Source: Sphagnum compactum
Taxonomy: Eukaryota
Direction: 5' to 3'
Assembly: GCA_965153455.1 (NCBI GenBank)
Contig: OZ234494.1
Location: 11,036,001-11,100,000 of the forward strand
Length of the DNA stretch: 64,000 nt
Within the stretch, counting starts at the first letter, position 1. Each line of letters opens with the position of its first letter. The notes under the pieces were generated by a model, which saw nothing but the letters and a program-made list of their open reading frames with translations, was not told where the DNA came from and searched no databases. The position numbers were made by a program, and so were the translations under genes. This document shows positions 1-14,200 of this stretch, piece by piece.

Positions 1-399
1 CTTGACCTGCAGAGGTCTGAGGTGACTGAGCACAACTAGATCAAAAACATATAATTAAAAGTTACCCTTGGACCAAAAGCTATGATTCCAATGGCTTAAA
101 TAGAAAGAGGCCTTACTCAGTATGTATGGGAGGTCTTCCTTGTAAGTGCAAGATAGCTTTCACCTTTACCAAAGGAGAAAAACCATGTATATAAAAATCA
201 AGAACAGGAACCCATCCATCAAAAGTAAAAAGCAAATGAGAGCACAAGTAGACACAACCCCAAAAAAAAAAAAGCAAACAATCAACAAAAAAAAGTAAAA
301 ACCTATGCAAATAAAACCCATGGTTACGAAATGACGATCAATGATAACAAAGAAGACCTAAGATAAAAGAGTTGTCGTCTGTCACAAATTGGCTAATGA

Positions 400-2220
400 C
401 GGAGGTGCATTAGCTATGATGTGTGCAAGAAATGAGGAACTTCGAAAAAATTCAGCAGCCCATTGAAGAATCGTTATGGTTTGCACATGCTACAAGGTTA
501 TGGACATGCATTGTTGATAGTAAGAAGCAAGCATCGAGGGGACTAAAAAAGACCGTTGATGATGCGCGATAGTGGTCTGTGCACAAATGGTAAAAAATGA
601 ATCAAAATGAAAATGAAAACATCCATACGTCTCAATAGCAAGGGGAATGAAGTCATTGCCTAGTGTTCATTCAACATATAATCGTGTTTATTATTAAGCA
701 GCCATCATTGTTGCATGTGTTGTCATCGTTGATGTTTGCTGCACCATATCCGTGCAAATCGGATCAACAATGACAACATCCATCAAAGTCCAAAAGTCGT
801 GTTTGGTGATAAGGATATTCACTTATCGTTGGGTGTGGTGAGGAAAAGGTGGGAAACCTCCTTTTGAACATGTGCTCCACTTTCCAAAATAATAGCTGCG
901 ATAGTATCTTGAAGTGTGTTGCGAGTTATTATAAGTTCATTCTTGCAAGGGCACTGAAGCAAATGCGTACCTAGATCATCAATGGTATGACCACATTGAC
1001 ATTGTGAAAGATGGGCAAATGTAAATTGTGGCAAGCCAAAATAGGTATATAATGCTATAAGAAAGTGGGTTGAAGATAAACGAAATACAGGTGTGAAAGG
1101 ATGAATTAATAACCAAGCACTTGCCCTTGGACCTGCGCATGAGTGAAGACATGTTTGCATGATATTTGAAGGAACGTCTATTAGAAGTGAAGTAAATATT
1201 TGCTTGCGTAGGCAATCTGTTAAAGAAACCTACAATTGGGGATAAGATTGAACCACTAAGCTCTCAAAGGGTGGGACCTAAGAGCGGACAACTTGGGGTA
1301 ACATGGCTTGGACATCTCATAGTGTCATTTGAAACAAGGAAGTGTTAGTTTCAACATGTGTTACTACATCTAAAAGAATAGGGTGATCATCTCGTTGGAA
1401 ACAAATGATAAGTGTAAGAGTGATTAGTGCCCAACACCCCAAGAATGCACGGGCAACAGTCCAAACCATAAAATGGAAGCCGAACCCACTTGAAGAAGTA
1501 GGGAGAGTGGCTCGATGGTGAGCTAGGTGACCAATAGAATCACCAAAGATCCTGCATTAAATAACTTTTCTAACATAGCTATGGTATGAGTATCGAATTC
1601 AGTGTAATGTTGCAAAATACTTGGAAATGGAAACATTGTACAAAGCAAGTAACTTGGGCGCTAAGCATAGCACAACGAAAGCATCACAAAAATCGCCTAA
1701 GGATTTACAAGTGCAGGGAGATTAGCTATTATCCTAAGATCTTCATGAAAATCTTCAACCATAAACAACCCAATGAATAATGTGGATCTCACTGGTGCAC
1801 CCAAAATATGAAAACTTAAGTTGGGAGTAAGAAAGCTAGGAGGAAGTGATATAGAATGATCCAACCTTTGTGGAAACCAAGTTACACATTTCGTTAGCTG
1901 CACTAAAAGCCCTAATGCCGATAATTCCTACTGCAATTGTAAAAATGTAGGAACCACATTTGATGCAAGACTTATTATATGTGTATCATCTACTAAGGAA
2001 GGGAAAACACAAGTAGGGTGGGTTGTTGTTGTAGGGCAAAGAGTGTGAAGGTGAATCAAAGCAAACAACGTTCCTCCCAATGGGTCCCCTTGTCGTGTAC
2101 CTAACTTCGATGAAATGACTATGAAATCGCCATGTCGAGAAGCCTAAGAAAAATACAATAGAAATGGGCATGCGTAAAATTGTCGAACAAATGGGAAAAT
2201 TTGATTTAGATAACTAGACG
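400..2220 (-). mobile_element. Decayed non-LTR retrotransposon with RT and C-terminal restriction-like endonuclease (CRE/SLACS-like)
   Basis: Minus strand, in order: GTRQGDPLGGTLFAL (~2101-2057, RT QGDPL motif), FPSLVDDTHI (~2005-1976, YxDD-like), FHILGAPV, CQCGHTIDDLGTHLLQCPC zinc knuckle (ORF 819-1160), DILIT...LMDVVIVDP (RLE-like), and a terminal Q-x-x-S-I-T-L-x-x-x-Q helix near 500. Many stops and frameshifts; ends approximate. Confidence 0.8.
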
Positions 2221-2822
2221 AAAATTGTAATTACTAAAAAATGATTGACGATGATATTGAATTAAAAGCATTATGGACATCCACTTGTAACACCACTCAA
2301 TTTGGATACAAATCTAACATCACTAGAATGTTATGAACCATTGTTTCACACCCACAACGAGTTGCTACACCAAACTGATGAAGATTAAAATGATTTGTGA
2401 AATTATCTCTAAACTAAATAATCAAAGTGTAAGCAACTAAACAATAGGTCACCTCATTGATTATGATGGAACGCATACATACAAACTGCTTCTTCAACAA
2501 TAGGAGTCGAGACACAAAAAAAACAAAAATGATAGTAAAATAAAACATGACGTCAAGCAATGTGCCCACATACATAAAAAAAATAAAAATAAATCGAAAC
2601 CGCTCACAGAATCATCTAAGACAAAACACCTTTTAACACCTTATTATTAATAAATAATTATATTATCTATGCTTTACAATGGGCAAGGGTCATTCCCCAA
2701 ATGTGGCCTAACTGGATTAGACTTGATAGCCTTGTCCTAGGCCACTTATTTTTTCTGAAATGTCCCCAGTGTTCAGGTGTCTTACCCAATACTAAGTTCC
2801 AAAGCTGCAAGTCTGAGAATAA

Positions 2823-3147
2823 GGCCCACGAGGGTCCAGGGTCCAATTTCCTAGGAACTGATTTGGACTGATTTGAAGCAAATTGAATCCTTGAGTTGGA
2901 CTCTACCTGAGTCCCTAGCCTGATTCTTGGTTCTCCAAATCAGGAGCTCTCCTTTTAACACTGTTTTTTGGTCCGAACCAATTGATTTTCCCTCCAAAAC
3001 ATGTGCCATGTAGGTTTAGCCTCAATTTGCCACTTTTTGGTTTTTGACCTTCATCTAAAGGCCTTGGGACCGATTTAAAGCTTTCGACCAATAAGCTTGC
3101 TTGAATTGATTGGTCCATAGCCCTTGGACCCTCATCTAAAGTCGGCC
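2823..3147. mobile_element. PIF/Harbinger (Tourist-like) MITE
   Basis: TAA at 2820-2822 and at 3148-3150. Termini GGCC..GAGGGTCCAGGG / CCCTTGGACCCTC..GGCC form an imperfect inverted repeat, with the left arm shorter. Confidence 0.6.
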
Positions 3148-4066
3148 TAAGTTAATCTGGGGACTTTACACGCATCCTACTATAGACATGATACACCATC
3201 TAAGTTACAACGCTGCTTCCTGACGTGGGTTAATTCAGGAACTTTGCAGGCATACTACCAGAGAGATTTGTCATCTGACTCGCACCAAACAGTTTTAGTA
3301 AATTTACAGACTCTAAATTTATAATAGTTCCGAAATTATGATCTGGACACAGGAAAGCCGATCCGTCAGTAACACGTGGGAAAGGGCAAGGCCGAATGGC
3401 TCCACCTAACAAAGACCTTGAGAGACACATAAATTTTTAGATTGTGTTGATCTGTAACTATGTAGCTACTTGTGAACGCATTTCCCTGCCACACAGGAAT
3501 GCATTCACAAATGAGCTTGATGGGGCAAGGGGGGATATTTAGCGTCTTGCAACAGGAATCCCGTGTTCTGTATCTCAGCCTAGTTTTGGGAGCACCCGTA
3601 GCTATGCCTCCTTCCCTCCCTCCTTCCCCTATAGGGAAATGCTGAAAGTTTGTATGTTGTTGGAAGGGCAACCAAGCCTTCTAAGGCACATCATGTAATA
3701 TCGTAAATGATTTCTTATGGAGAGCTCACCGGGCTGCAAGGAAGCAGGCGATTGAAGTTCCGGGTACTACCTTGGGACACAATTGGAAAACGTGAACCAA
3801 ATTCGAAATTCAAATATATTTACATATATATACACATGTACATGCCAATCTTGCTCTTCCAAAGTCCATTTTTGAAACAATACAGATCGTAGCTAGCTGA
3901 CAGATTTCTTTGCAATCAAGTCTGCTTCTGCAAGTTGCAAACTTTTTCTCACGATCACTCTGCTGCTGAGAGTGTCACAGATGGTTATAACCCCATGTCT
4001 GGACTCAAAGGCATTTCAGACGTGTCACGAATGCAAGATATTATACTCGAAGTAGGCAGTTAATGT

Positions 4067-5557
4067 TTAACAGGAAAGCTCAGAAAGTGACTTGTATCGT
4101 CGAATTAGAAGCTTGGAATTCGAAGTTTTCTCCCTTGTAGGTGACTCGTGCATAATTCGGAAACTCCGACGTCCATGATGTGAACTGATGTTGGCTTGTT
4201 TTGACAATAAACCAGTTCTCACGTCAGTGGGGGCCAGATCTGCAGGATCAGAAGGATCTGAACCTGGAACCCGACTCAACGATAACTTGCTCTTCACCTT
4301 TTGTCTAGCATTGTCGAACTCGGGACGAGTATTGGGACCTCCGCCTAGCTTGCGTCTGATCACGAATGATCCCTTTCGTATCTCCCCTGGGTTCAGCTGC
4401 ACGTTGCATTGATTTGTTACAGATGAATCGGCTTCCCACATTTGATTCAATCCTCGCTTAGCATTGGATTTTGACGGTGTGAAATCATCACCATCCTGCT
4501 GCTGTCGATTTTGGTCTGAGAAAACCTTGGTACCAAGTTCATTCTTCACTGGCCACAAGTTGGTGTGTTTCGCGGCAGAGTTTGTTTGTTGATCTGGATT
4601 CGTAATGCAAGTGACTGGAAAACTAACAAATCTGCTGTCAAAACCACTCCTGAAGGTAGAAGAAACATTGCATCTTAGTACTGATGAACTACAGTCCGAT
4701 GGAGCCCGAATTCTAAGATCCTCTTTGATCCTTGAGGCGCCAGCTTTTGTTCCCTGTACATCCATGTCTATCACGCATTGATTGCATCTCCAGGAGAGGT
4801 CTCGCAGATTCGAATTTGTTCCAGCTGTCTGCCCTCTAGGATTAGGAGCCATACAGTACCTGTCGAAAAGCCAAAACAAAGGTGAATTGATCATAAGCCT
4901 CGGAGGTTGATTATATTTTGCTGAATCATGTGCAACAACGGATCTTGGTGAACATAAGAACCGTGTCGACTTCAATGCACTTAAAGAGTGTGATCAGACC
5001 AGCAGGAGAAATAGTGCTCCAGTGGCTAATCGTAATCAGGCATGTATGATGAATATAGTTTCTAATTGTTGCTGGACCGACGCAGTCGACGGTCTATGCT
5101 TCAATTCATCTACGCGAGTTTGCATTCTAGCAAGCAGATTTGGAACCCGGCTCTAGTGAATCCAAATCTACTGCTCTAGGCCGATGATCCGATGCAAATA
5201 GGAAGAAAAATAATCTTGCAGCACTGTTATCAAGACTACGAGAATTCTAGTGAACCGGCTGTGCCAATTAGTGAATAGAACTTAGAGTGCTACTCACAGA
5301 TGCTGAGCACGAGATTGGCAAACGGAACAGAACTGCAGAAGATCCACAAATCCCACATCGCCACACATAATGCACTCGACGCCAGACGGGTGATCAGCAG
5401 GTTGATAATTGTGTTCGTCTCCCCGTTTGTCTTCCGAACAGATTTCTACCGCTCTAAGAAGACGGCCATCCGATGAGGACACTGCGGTAAGCGACTTCTC
5501 CGAAATATTTCTGATCGAACTTCTATTGCCATTCTCTCCATACTCAGATTCCACCAT
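4067..5557 (-). CDS. Plant-specific PHD-type zinc-finger protein, 2 exons: 5557-5298 and 4859-4067
   Basis: Donor CT|GTGAGT at 5298/5297 and acceptor CAG|G at 4860/4859 join in phase. The result is ECIMCGDVGFVDLLQFCSVCQSRAQHLYC...WRCNQC, with the family-typical C-terminal RRYKxLxE motif (IRRYKSLSELSC*). Confidence 0.88.
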
Positions 5558-8500
5558 GGATTATCCTTGATTACTGTTCTCGTCCGTATGTTGAAGTTTG
5601 TTCTGACTCCTGAGAACGCCGGGAATCGCTAAGCTTTGAAATTCACGAATGTAGAATATCTCCAGCCTCGATGTCAATACTGATCTATTTCACTCAGTTC
5701 CCCAGATTTCAAATTACTCGATCATCGCTGCGAATCCAGCTACATGGTACTAGTTTTAACGGATTCTGATGCTCCTCGATAATGCGTGAGTAAGCAAAAT
5801 CGAACTCATGTCGATCAACACGGCCTGTCAACGCTTCTCCATACCATATTATTCTCGACCACATCAAACCTTAGAACTAATGAGAGTTCTGCATCTCTCA
5901 GCTACTTCCTAAGGCAACACAATCTTTTGACGAGAAACTGTACCCAGTTTTTCTTCGCATGAACTCCTTCAGAAGCACTAATACCGTCTACGGTGCACAG
6001 TCCTGTTCAAGACTCAAACAACAGCCTCTGTAGCCAATGAAAACCTTCTCTCATCACCTCTTGCACATTTCAGCATGTTTTTTTGGTCTACCACCTCTCC
6101 ACCAATATTCTCCCCTTGACATCGATGTTGCAAAACTTCTAGAGTTCCCAGAAAAGAACTCACAACGGAGCCGAGAGTCGATCACTTAACTTTGTGCAGA
6201 CGCGGTACACGAAAAAAAAATTCTAGCTTGCAGGCATGACTCATGCGCTACAGAAACAAACTTCCTAAGCGCGGATCGATTGCTAAGGAAACCGACAAGT
6301 AAGTGTATGTAAACAGTTTAGGGGAGGCTAGTAAGAAGAGGCATGGAGAGAAAGCAAGCAAAAGTATCTTCGCAGAATCTGAGTGACACAGTAATATACC
6401 TCTCATAATTTTGAGACCTGATTTTTCCAAGAGCAAGTGATGAGTGGATAGAGTGCAGGTCGGTGTCACCGCCACACCGCACAAACGGCGTAATGAGACG
6501 CGAGTCTTACCCAGGGTGTGAAGGGATCAGGTTAGTTGCCTGGTCATCGGGTGCAGCTAGCGCATTACCATCGCGAAGATGCAGAGTCCCGGAAACGGCG
6601 CGTCGGGAATCAGATGAGCGGCGACGTACACGAGACTCCCACGTCAGGGCGGAGGGGGGGGGGGGAGAGGGGGGGAAATATCCATCCCGAGTTTAGCTGC
6701 TATAATTAGGCGGCTGCTTTTTCTGACGCACCCCCGGCAATGGCTTTTCAAGGACTGCAAGCGCCAGGTGTGTATTGGTCTCCGTTTGCCTTTGGAATCC
6801 GTGTTTATGTCTACTGTTGCTTCACAACGTACGACTTTAGTTTGTCTTTTGCTCTGACGTTGAAAATACACGGTTCTTGAACTATGATTATTGATAATGA
6901 CGCGGTTGGTCACTTGTCATGGGCTGATTGGTGCCGGGACGCTGGTTCACACCGGCCAGTTCATCGTTGAGGGCGCTATTGGATACCTTCGGTCTTAATC
7001 AGTGTGGGGGGCGGGTATGAGTATTTGAAGATAAAAAATGCAAAGAATTGCTCAGGTTTGGGTCTTAGAAACCCAAAGAAGGGTGGTTCTGAGGTGGGGG
7101 TGGGGGTATCTGATTATAAGGCCTAGTTCTTTAATAAGGAACTAGATTCTTTTATTAAGGTTTTGGAAGACCCTTTCAAAACATATGCTACGTCTTTATT
7201 AATGTCCTTCAAGGTCTTTAAGCTTTGACAAAAAGTCTTAAATCTTTTAAACTTACAAGGCAAGAGTTCTTTTTTTTTGGCAATTTGAAAATATCACGGT
7301 TACAAGTTTTGAAAGTAGAGTGCAAAGCAAAACTTCAAAAGGTGATCGTCATGATTTTCATTGAAGTTAACAAACTACAACCCAACTATTGGTTAACCCC
7401 AAACAACTAAAAAAATGTGAATTAAAATGTGAATCTAACTGTGGCCTCCCTTGAATATGAAAAGGCTATTGATTTAGGTTTTTGAAAAACACCTTACATT
7501 ACATGTTATTTCCCCTTGGTTGGCTCCAATTATGAATACTTGAAATTTAAAAATCATTGGCCCATATGAGATGGAAGGGGTGGTGTTAAGTTTCAAAAAA
7601 TGCTAAGTAGGAGGGGGGATTTGGGTTTTCAAAAAAATAAGACATTACATGCAGATATGCATATATTTGGTATCATATTCAATTAATACCTAGAGCAAAA
7701 AGAAATACCCATGTCACAGTTGGGGTGCATTCACAGTTGGCGTACCACAATGGGAACCATGACACTCATTTGTCCTATGTTCTAAATCGCAAAACAAGGA
7801 TTTAACAAAATAAATATTTTGAGATGCTAAACAATGAAAAGGGGATATGTATGTTTAGGCTTTTAACCAATAAGTGTTATAATGAATGATTCAAATCAAT
7901 TGAACAAAATTTAAACGTCTAATACAAGTATAAAAAAAAAAAGAAATGCAGGATTACTCAAGTATTCCAAAATGACATACTTTCATTTGGAGCACCAAAA
8001 TCCTATTAAAAATATCACATTAAGTCTTTTTTTGCACCCATGTCTCTTATATTTCTTTCCAAACCTTTTGATTATAAATTTGTAATAAAAATAATAATTT
8101 GATTATCCTAATTATAGCATCCATTTTATTAGAAAATTTAAGATTCTAGCATTAATTCCACCAAATTTGATGATTTATCATACTAGAAATTTGTGCCATC
8201 ACATAGAAAATATTTTATTTTATTTGTGGTTAAAATGTGGAACAATTTGAACATATATTGTGAATCATGTTGAGTCCTTTTCAATAAAACTAGGCAATGA
8301 GATACAATTCTTAAGTCATCTTTCAGGACATTTAATGACATGTTTTAATGATCCAAATCACAAAAAATCACCATCATTTTAATCAAAACATATGGGAATA
8401 TCTAATGAAAAAAACATTTTACCAAATAAGTTTCATTGATAAAAACTAAATGATAAAATAAAACATTCATCCATGATTTTGATGGAAGTTTTATGTATTA

Positions 8501-8759
8501 AAAGCATGTAAATTCAATTTTTTTTTCATCCATACATTAGATGAATGAAAAAATCATTCATCCATAATGAGAATGAATGTTTACATTCATCCCCATGTTT
8601 GCTTCTAGGTTTATCAACTATATAACATTCATTTTGTGATTAAATTCTTGAGTTTTACCTATATGTGTATATGGAAAAAGACATTTTACCATCCCAAGAT
8701 CCAACTCTAGGCTCTAGGCTCAAGCTCTAGGTTCATGCAATAATTTGCTTCTGTTCTAA

Positions 8760-9580
8760 ACCAATTTAGGGGACATTGGTTGTTAAGTGATGCCCTTCAT
8801 TTTGCCATTTCAATTAACTTGAAATTGAGAGAAAATTTTAAAAATGCACCATCTTTTCAAACCCTAATGGAAAAGGATTCTAATGTGGCACTTGGGTTAA
8901 TTTGTTTGGTTTCCAACATTAAAAAAAAAGTTTGTGGAATTCTCAATAGTTTTTTTTCCTTCTTGAATAAATTTGATGAAAAACACATATAATATGTTAG
9001 CTATAATGTTAAACCCAAGATTTAAAAGTTTTCGCTTAGTGTCTTTCTTCATTGTTTGTGATCAAGGAATAGCAATATGATACAATGTCATTATATCTTA
9101 TGTTCATGAAGTTATTATCACTTGCATCCATCAATGGTTTTGTTGACCAAAAAATGGATGATGACAATAGTTTGAAATTTTTTCAAATGACAATAAGGAG
9201 TAATGAACTAACAAAAGAGCTTGTTAAAAAAGAACTTTTAGTTTTTTAGGATTAGAAGGAGATCAAATGTCCCCTTCAATGGTGAAAAAAACATGAAGCC
9301 ATGTTTCCCATAGTTAGGTTTCTTGTTCATCAAATTTTACAGATTGTTGGTTTTCAAATAGAAACTAAAAGGATCTTTTCCTCAGTTGGAATCCTCACTA
9401 TTTTGAAAAGATGTCGTTTATAATCAAAAAACTTAGATAATTTAATTATTGAGAACAAAAATTGGCCCAATGATTATAGAGTTTGGTTGTAAATCCTTTT
9501 TAACCTTTTAAATTTATTTATGCAAACTTAGAAAAGGAGTTAGAACAAGTTGAAAGAGATGACATTATGGATTTATAAAT
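8760..9580 (+). mobile_element. Decayed hAT transposase fragment (C-terminal dimerisation domain)
   Basis: Translates across stops as MLNPRFKSF...EIKCPLQW*KKHEAMFPIVRFLVHQILQIVGFQIETKRIFSSVGILT...NLDNLIIENKNWPND, matching the WW...FP...ERxFS hAT dimerisation pattern. Confidence 0.75.
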
Positions 9581-10569
9581 TGTTGAACATAGATTCAAAG
9601 TTTATTTTTTGATCAAAAAAGTAATGTAATGAAATAAATTTCCAAGCCTGACAATGGGGTTTTCTTTCCTTAAAAAAAATCTAATACCTAAGACGATTTT
9701 CGTAAGACATTTTTTTTAAAAAAATCAAGAACCGACCCAATTCTCACATAAAGACATAAAAAACTAGAATTGATAGTTTTCAAAAAGAAATGAGAATGCC
9801 AACATTGGTTTGAACTATGTTTCCTAATGTTTTAGTACTAGAAAGGCACTTTAAAAAAACTTGGATTTGAATAGTAGAGTAGTTTAGAATGCATTTTTTC
9901 TATTACTTAAAAAACTCATTTCAAAACAATATGCTTCTAAACAAATTATTTCGTAAATGTAATGGTCATTCAAAGTAGTATTTTGACAATGATTTTGGGG
10001 CGAGATAGTCCTTTTGTGTACCGCAACTAGGAATGTAACCATTGGTCTTAACCAATGTTAACGAGTACCTTGATGGACTCAACTATTTGGGCTTGGTTTT
10101 AGTTTAGTTCCAAGATCCTAATTAGAATCAAGTCCCAATTTTGGACTTGAATGGATTTGAAACTTGATAATTAGGATTTAGTTATTGGAAATAAATGGAA
10201 TCCATCCCCTTGGTTTTATCATTACAAGAAACAAGAATTGAACCCGTGGTCTAGTTCCAAGATTAATAGAAAATTGAGATCATATTGATTTTTTCAAAAA
10301 GATTTAATTTAGTTCCAATTCATTTCAAGCCTTTAGCGTTTCCTTTTAGGCCAACAATCAAGTTACAAACAAAGTAAGTTGTGTGTTAAACACACATTCA
10401 TAATGTTTTTGCTTACCACTTTGCTCATTAGTTCGCCTTTTTTTTGTTTTTATTGTGGGGATGATTGTGATGATGATGGACTTTTTGTTTTAGTGAATAT
10501 TTTTCCTTTTCATTACCTAACTAATCATTTTGATCCATTTTTTTAATTTGAATTTTTTTCTTTCAATGA

Positions 10570-11050
10570 TTTCATTTTTTGGTCTTGGAAGTTTACAAGA
10601 CCAAAAAATGAACTCCTTGAAAAATAAAAATTCCATTAAATTTTATTTTTCTTCCAAGGAATCTTTTTTTGGTCTTGTGAATTTGTAAGATCAAAAAATA
10701 AATCCTTAAACAATAAATTCCACTTTTTGGACTTCCAAAAATGGAACTTAAATTGTTTTTTAAAGAGTCCTATTTCTGGTCTTGGGAAATTCAAACATTT
10801 TTAAAATTCAAAAGAAAATTAATTACTTTCAAGGAGTCCAAATTTTGATATTGCAAACTTCCATTTTTTGAACTTGTAAAAACCATAATTTATTATTATT
10901 ATTATTTTCAATAGGTCCATTGTTTGGTCTTGCAAACTCACAAGACCAAAAAATGAACTTGCAAAACCAATTCCATTTTCTGACCTTGTAAACTCATAAG
11001 ACCGAAAATTAGACTCTTTCAAAAACATGAATTTCTTTTTTCAAGGAGTT
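10570..11050. repeat. Degenerate array of short inverted repeats (TTTTGGTCTTG...CAAGACCAAAA)
   Basis: Hairpin-like unit recurs at about 10580, 10670, 10775, 10925 and 10980. Confidence 0.6.
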
Positions 11051-13014
11051 CAATTGTTGGATGTTGGAATCGAAACCAAGGGTTATGGAACTAGGAACTA
11101 AAATTGGCCTAATTTCAAAATGAGAAAAAAAACCAAAACCATAATCACCCTTAACTAAAAATAAATCCAAAATCAAAATTGGGTCCCATATTTTTTTAAA
11201 AAGTAACCAAAACTAATCCTTTGAAAAATGTTAATGGAACCAAAGGTTTACCCTCGAATTGGAAAATTAATGGCTTATTAATGTTAAAACCAAATGGTGA
11301 CTAGTTTTCAACTTTCAATTTATACTTGGTGTGTTTGTGTGTTTGTAGATGTTTGGTTTTAATTCGTGGTGGCTAGTTTTTAATTTTCATTGTATATTTG
11401 ATGTGTGTGCACATGCATGTAGGTGTTTAATTTTAACTAATGTTGACTAGTTCATAATTTTCAAATTATACCCAATGTCGCATGAACATATAGGTGTTTG
11501 TGGTAAAAAGGCAAGGTAGGATGTATATGTAGTAACATTGTAATGGTGAAGGTGGACAATGACTATCACAATTTTTGTCAATACCTAATGTTGCATCATA
11601 CATCAATATTTCATTGGTTATGATTTTAGGTGGCCTTCCTTTCCTAAGTGTCTTTAATGTTCAAGGTAATTATTTGTAGTCATGGCTTTAGGGTGAAAGC
11701 ACATTACGATGACCCCTTTTGGGGTGTCACATTGTATTATTTTCCAGGGGTGTGCATGTTTGAACGTATCCCACCTCAAACTTTTGAAAGAATTTCATAA
11801 TATTTTTGCATATTATGTTAGAATATAACCTAGGCAAGATATTAAAAAAAACATTATTTCATTTCATTTTATAAAGTGAAAGATTGGAGTACTCATAAAT
11901 AGAAATATGTTCCAAAACAATTTAAATGATTTAAAATCTTTATGAAAGTTGAAAGTATATTGACCCATGTCATTTCACATAGTTTGAACCATGTTTGGAT
12001 ACCATGTGATTAATTTGAAATTTTCCATTTCAATAAATCAAATTTTTCAACAAAGATGCGATAAATGTGTGGTAAATTGAAAATTTAATAAATAATCACA
12101 TTCACATGGAAGATGGCAAACATAGCTAGATGGGCCATTTGTTTAATTCCATCAAAATTGATTAATTTAATGATTAATGAAACTTTTAAAGTTAATGTAG
12201 TCAAAACGAAATAGTGACCCTATTATACGAATGTATATTATAAATATACTTATGGATCCTTCAATATTGATAATGAAAAATTTTATTATCTTAAAATAAT
12301 ATTACATAACATTAATTCTGTACAAATAATAATTTTAAGGCCCAAAAACCAAAATTGTTACCCAAAATTAGATATACCATCTTTTGGAACAATTATGTTG
12401 TATGTACTATAATATTAAACCCAAAAGTGCCCCAAAGGAGGTCATCGTAGTGTGTTTTCACCCTTCATTTTTTTGTTTGGAATGTAATCTGGAATGGTTG
12501 AAACAAAAAATGTTTAAAGGTTGAAGCGCATGCAATTTGTGTGACGGAAGAATCACCGTGTGGATGAACCAAAGTTATATATTTGTTTTCATTCTGAAAA
12601 TTCATGTTCACGAAAATGTCACTACCTTGCAATTAGGTATCCAAGACAACTATATGCAACTATTCAATGAAAATATGAGAAATTAAAAATTAAAATTTCA
12701 AGTCAAACATCCACATATTTTAATTGTAGTTGCATGTTAATTGCAAAATGGACCCCTATACAAATGTAATGCAACCCATATATACAATTGTGGTTAATCC
12801 TATTTTGATTTCATGAGCAAGTTGCATAAGAATTATAATTGGCACCTACCATACAACCTTGATGCATATGATCATGAAATGTGTATGCATTGCTTTCATC
12901 CATTAGATTTGGCAGTTTCAACTCTTTTGCAACTATTATCAACTATGATTCTTAATGATACAACTAGTGATACCACTATTTGTATAAATAGTTTTTGTAG
13001 GTTCCATTGACACA

Positions 13015-14200
13015 ACTAGGGAGTGGAAGGATGCTCATTGCATATGTAATTCATTGGATGGATACATCGAAACCATTAAAATCGACAACATTGTACAAAT
13101 TTGTACAAACAATGCCTCGAGCATGAGAAGTGCAGTTAACCTTCTAATCCATTGTTTTCCAAGTCTTTATTTTCAAGGTAATGTTGCTCATTGTCTAAAC
13201 TTGCTATTGGAAGATTACGAAAAAACAACATGGGTGAAACGAATTGTGAAAAAGGCGAAAGTTGTTGTTTATTTCATATGACAACACCATGCGCCATTAG
13301 CAATATTACATTGTTATGAGACTAACCTTATGTTGCTAAACCCCACTAAAACATGATTTACAACCAAGTTTTTAATGGTTGAGAGGTTGTTCAAACTCAG
13401 TTTTGCCATTGAACAAACTATTGTCGATCCTAATTAGACAACTTTTGTCAACACATTACATGGTAGCCATAGTCAAAAGTCACTCACCAAGGCAAGAGCT
13501 ATTCAAATGAACATAAAGAGGGGCGAATTTGGGGATACTTGTGCCAACTTTGTGCATATGGTGGAACCGGTTTCAGTGTCATTAAGGGCATTTGATGGCA
13601 AACAACTTTGCATGGGGAGGGCATGGCTTCTCATGAAAACATTGGAATGACATGTTTTATCATTATGAAATCAATCATTTGAATTGCCATCAAACCTTGT
13701 AGATGTGATTGAAAATCAATTTTACCAGAAGTGGAAGATGTTGATGACTAACCTACATTATGTAGGGGCCCTTTTCAATCCATACTTATTGGATGAAGCT
13801 CACCTACATGATGATGTAGATGCAAAGGAAGCTTCAAATAGAGTTTTGTGAAAAATAGTTCGTACCCGACCACGTATGCCTTAACTTTAAAAGACTTTGT
13901 AGATTTTGTTGAAAGTCAAGGTCCTTTTTCTAACACCCCCTAATGAAGGACCTAGTGGTGGGATTTGATTAAAACTGGTGGATGCACATTTGCACCCATT
14001 GCTCAGTGCATTTTGGTGCAAGTGTGTTCCACATCATCATGCGAGTGAAATTGGAGTTTATATCCATTTGTCCATAGCAAAATGAAAAATCAATTAACCT
14101 CAAATTGGGCGAAGGACTTGGTGTACATATACACTAATAGCAAGCTTTTATGAGAATGACTTGGTGCCAACCCCACAGCATGGTATGAAAAGAATATGTT
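13015..14200 (+). mobile_element. Decayed hAT transposase (DUF659-type plus dimerisation region)
   Basis: IDNIVQICTNNASSMRSA..FPSLYFQGNVAHCLNLLLED (TDNA and CxxH motifs), LHYVGALFNPY, and VQVCSTSSCE*NWSLYPFVHSKMKNQL...DLVYIYTN. Multiple stops. Confidence 0.8.

Noticed and set aside
7000-9807. Possible TIR pair CAGTGTGGGG / GCCAACATTG bounding the 8.8-9.6 kb hAT relic
   Set aside because: Weak match and no TSD (GTCTTAAT vs GTTTGAAC).
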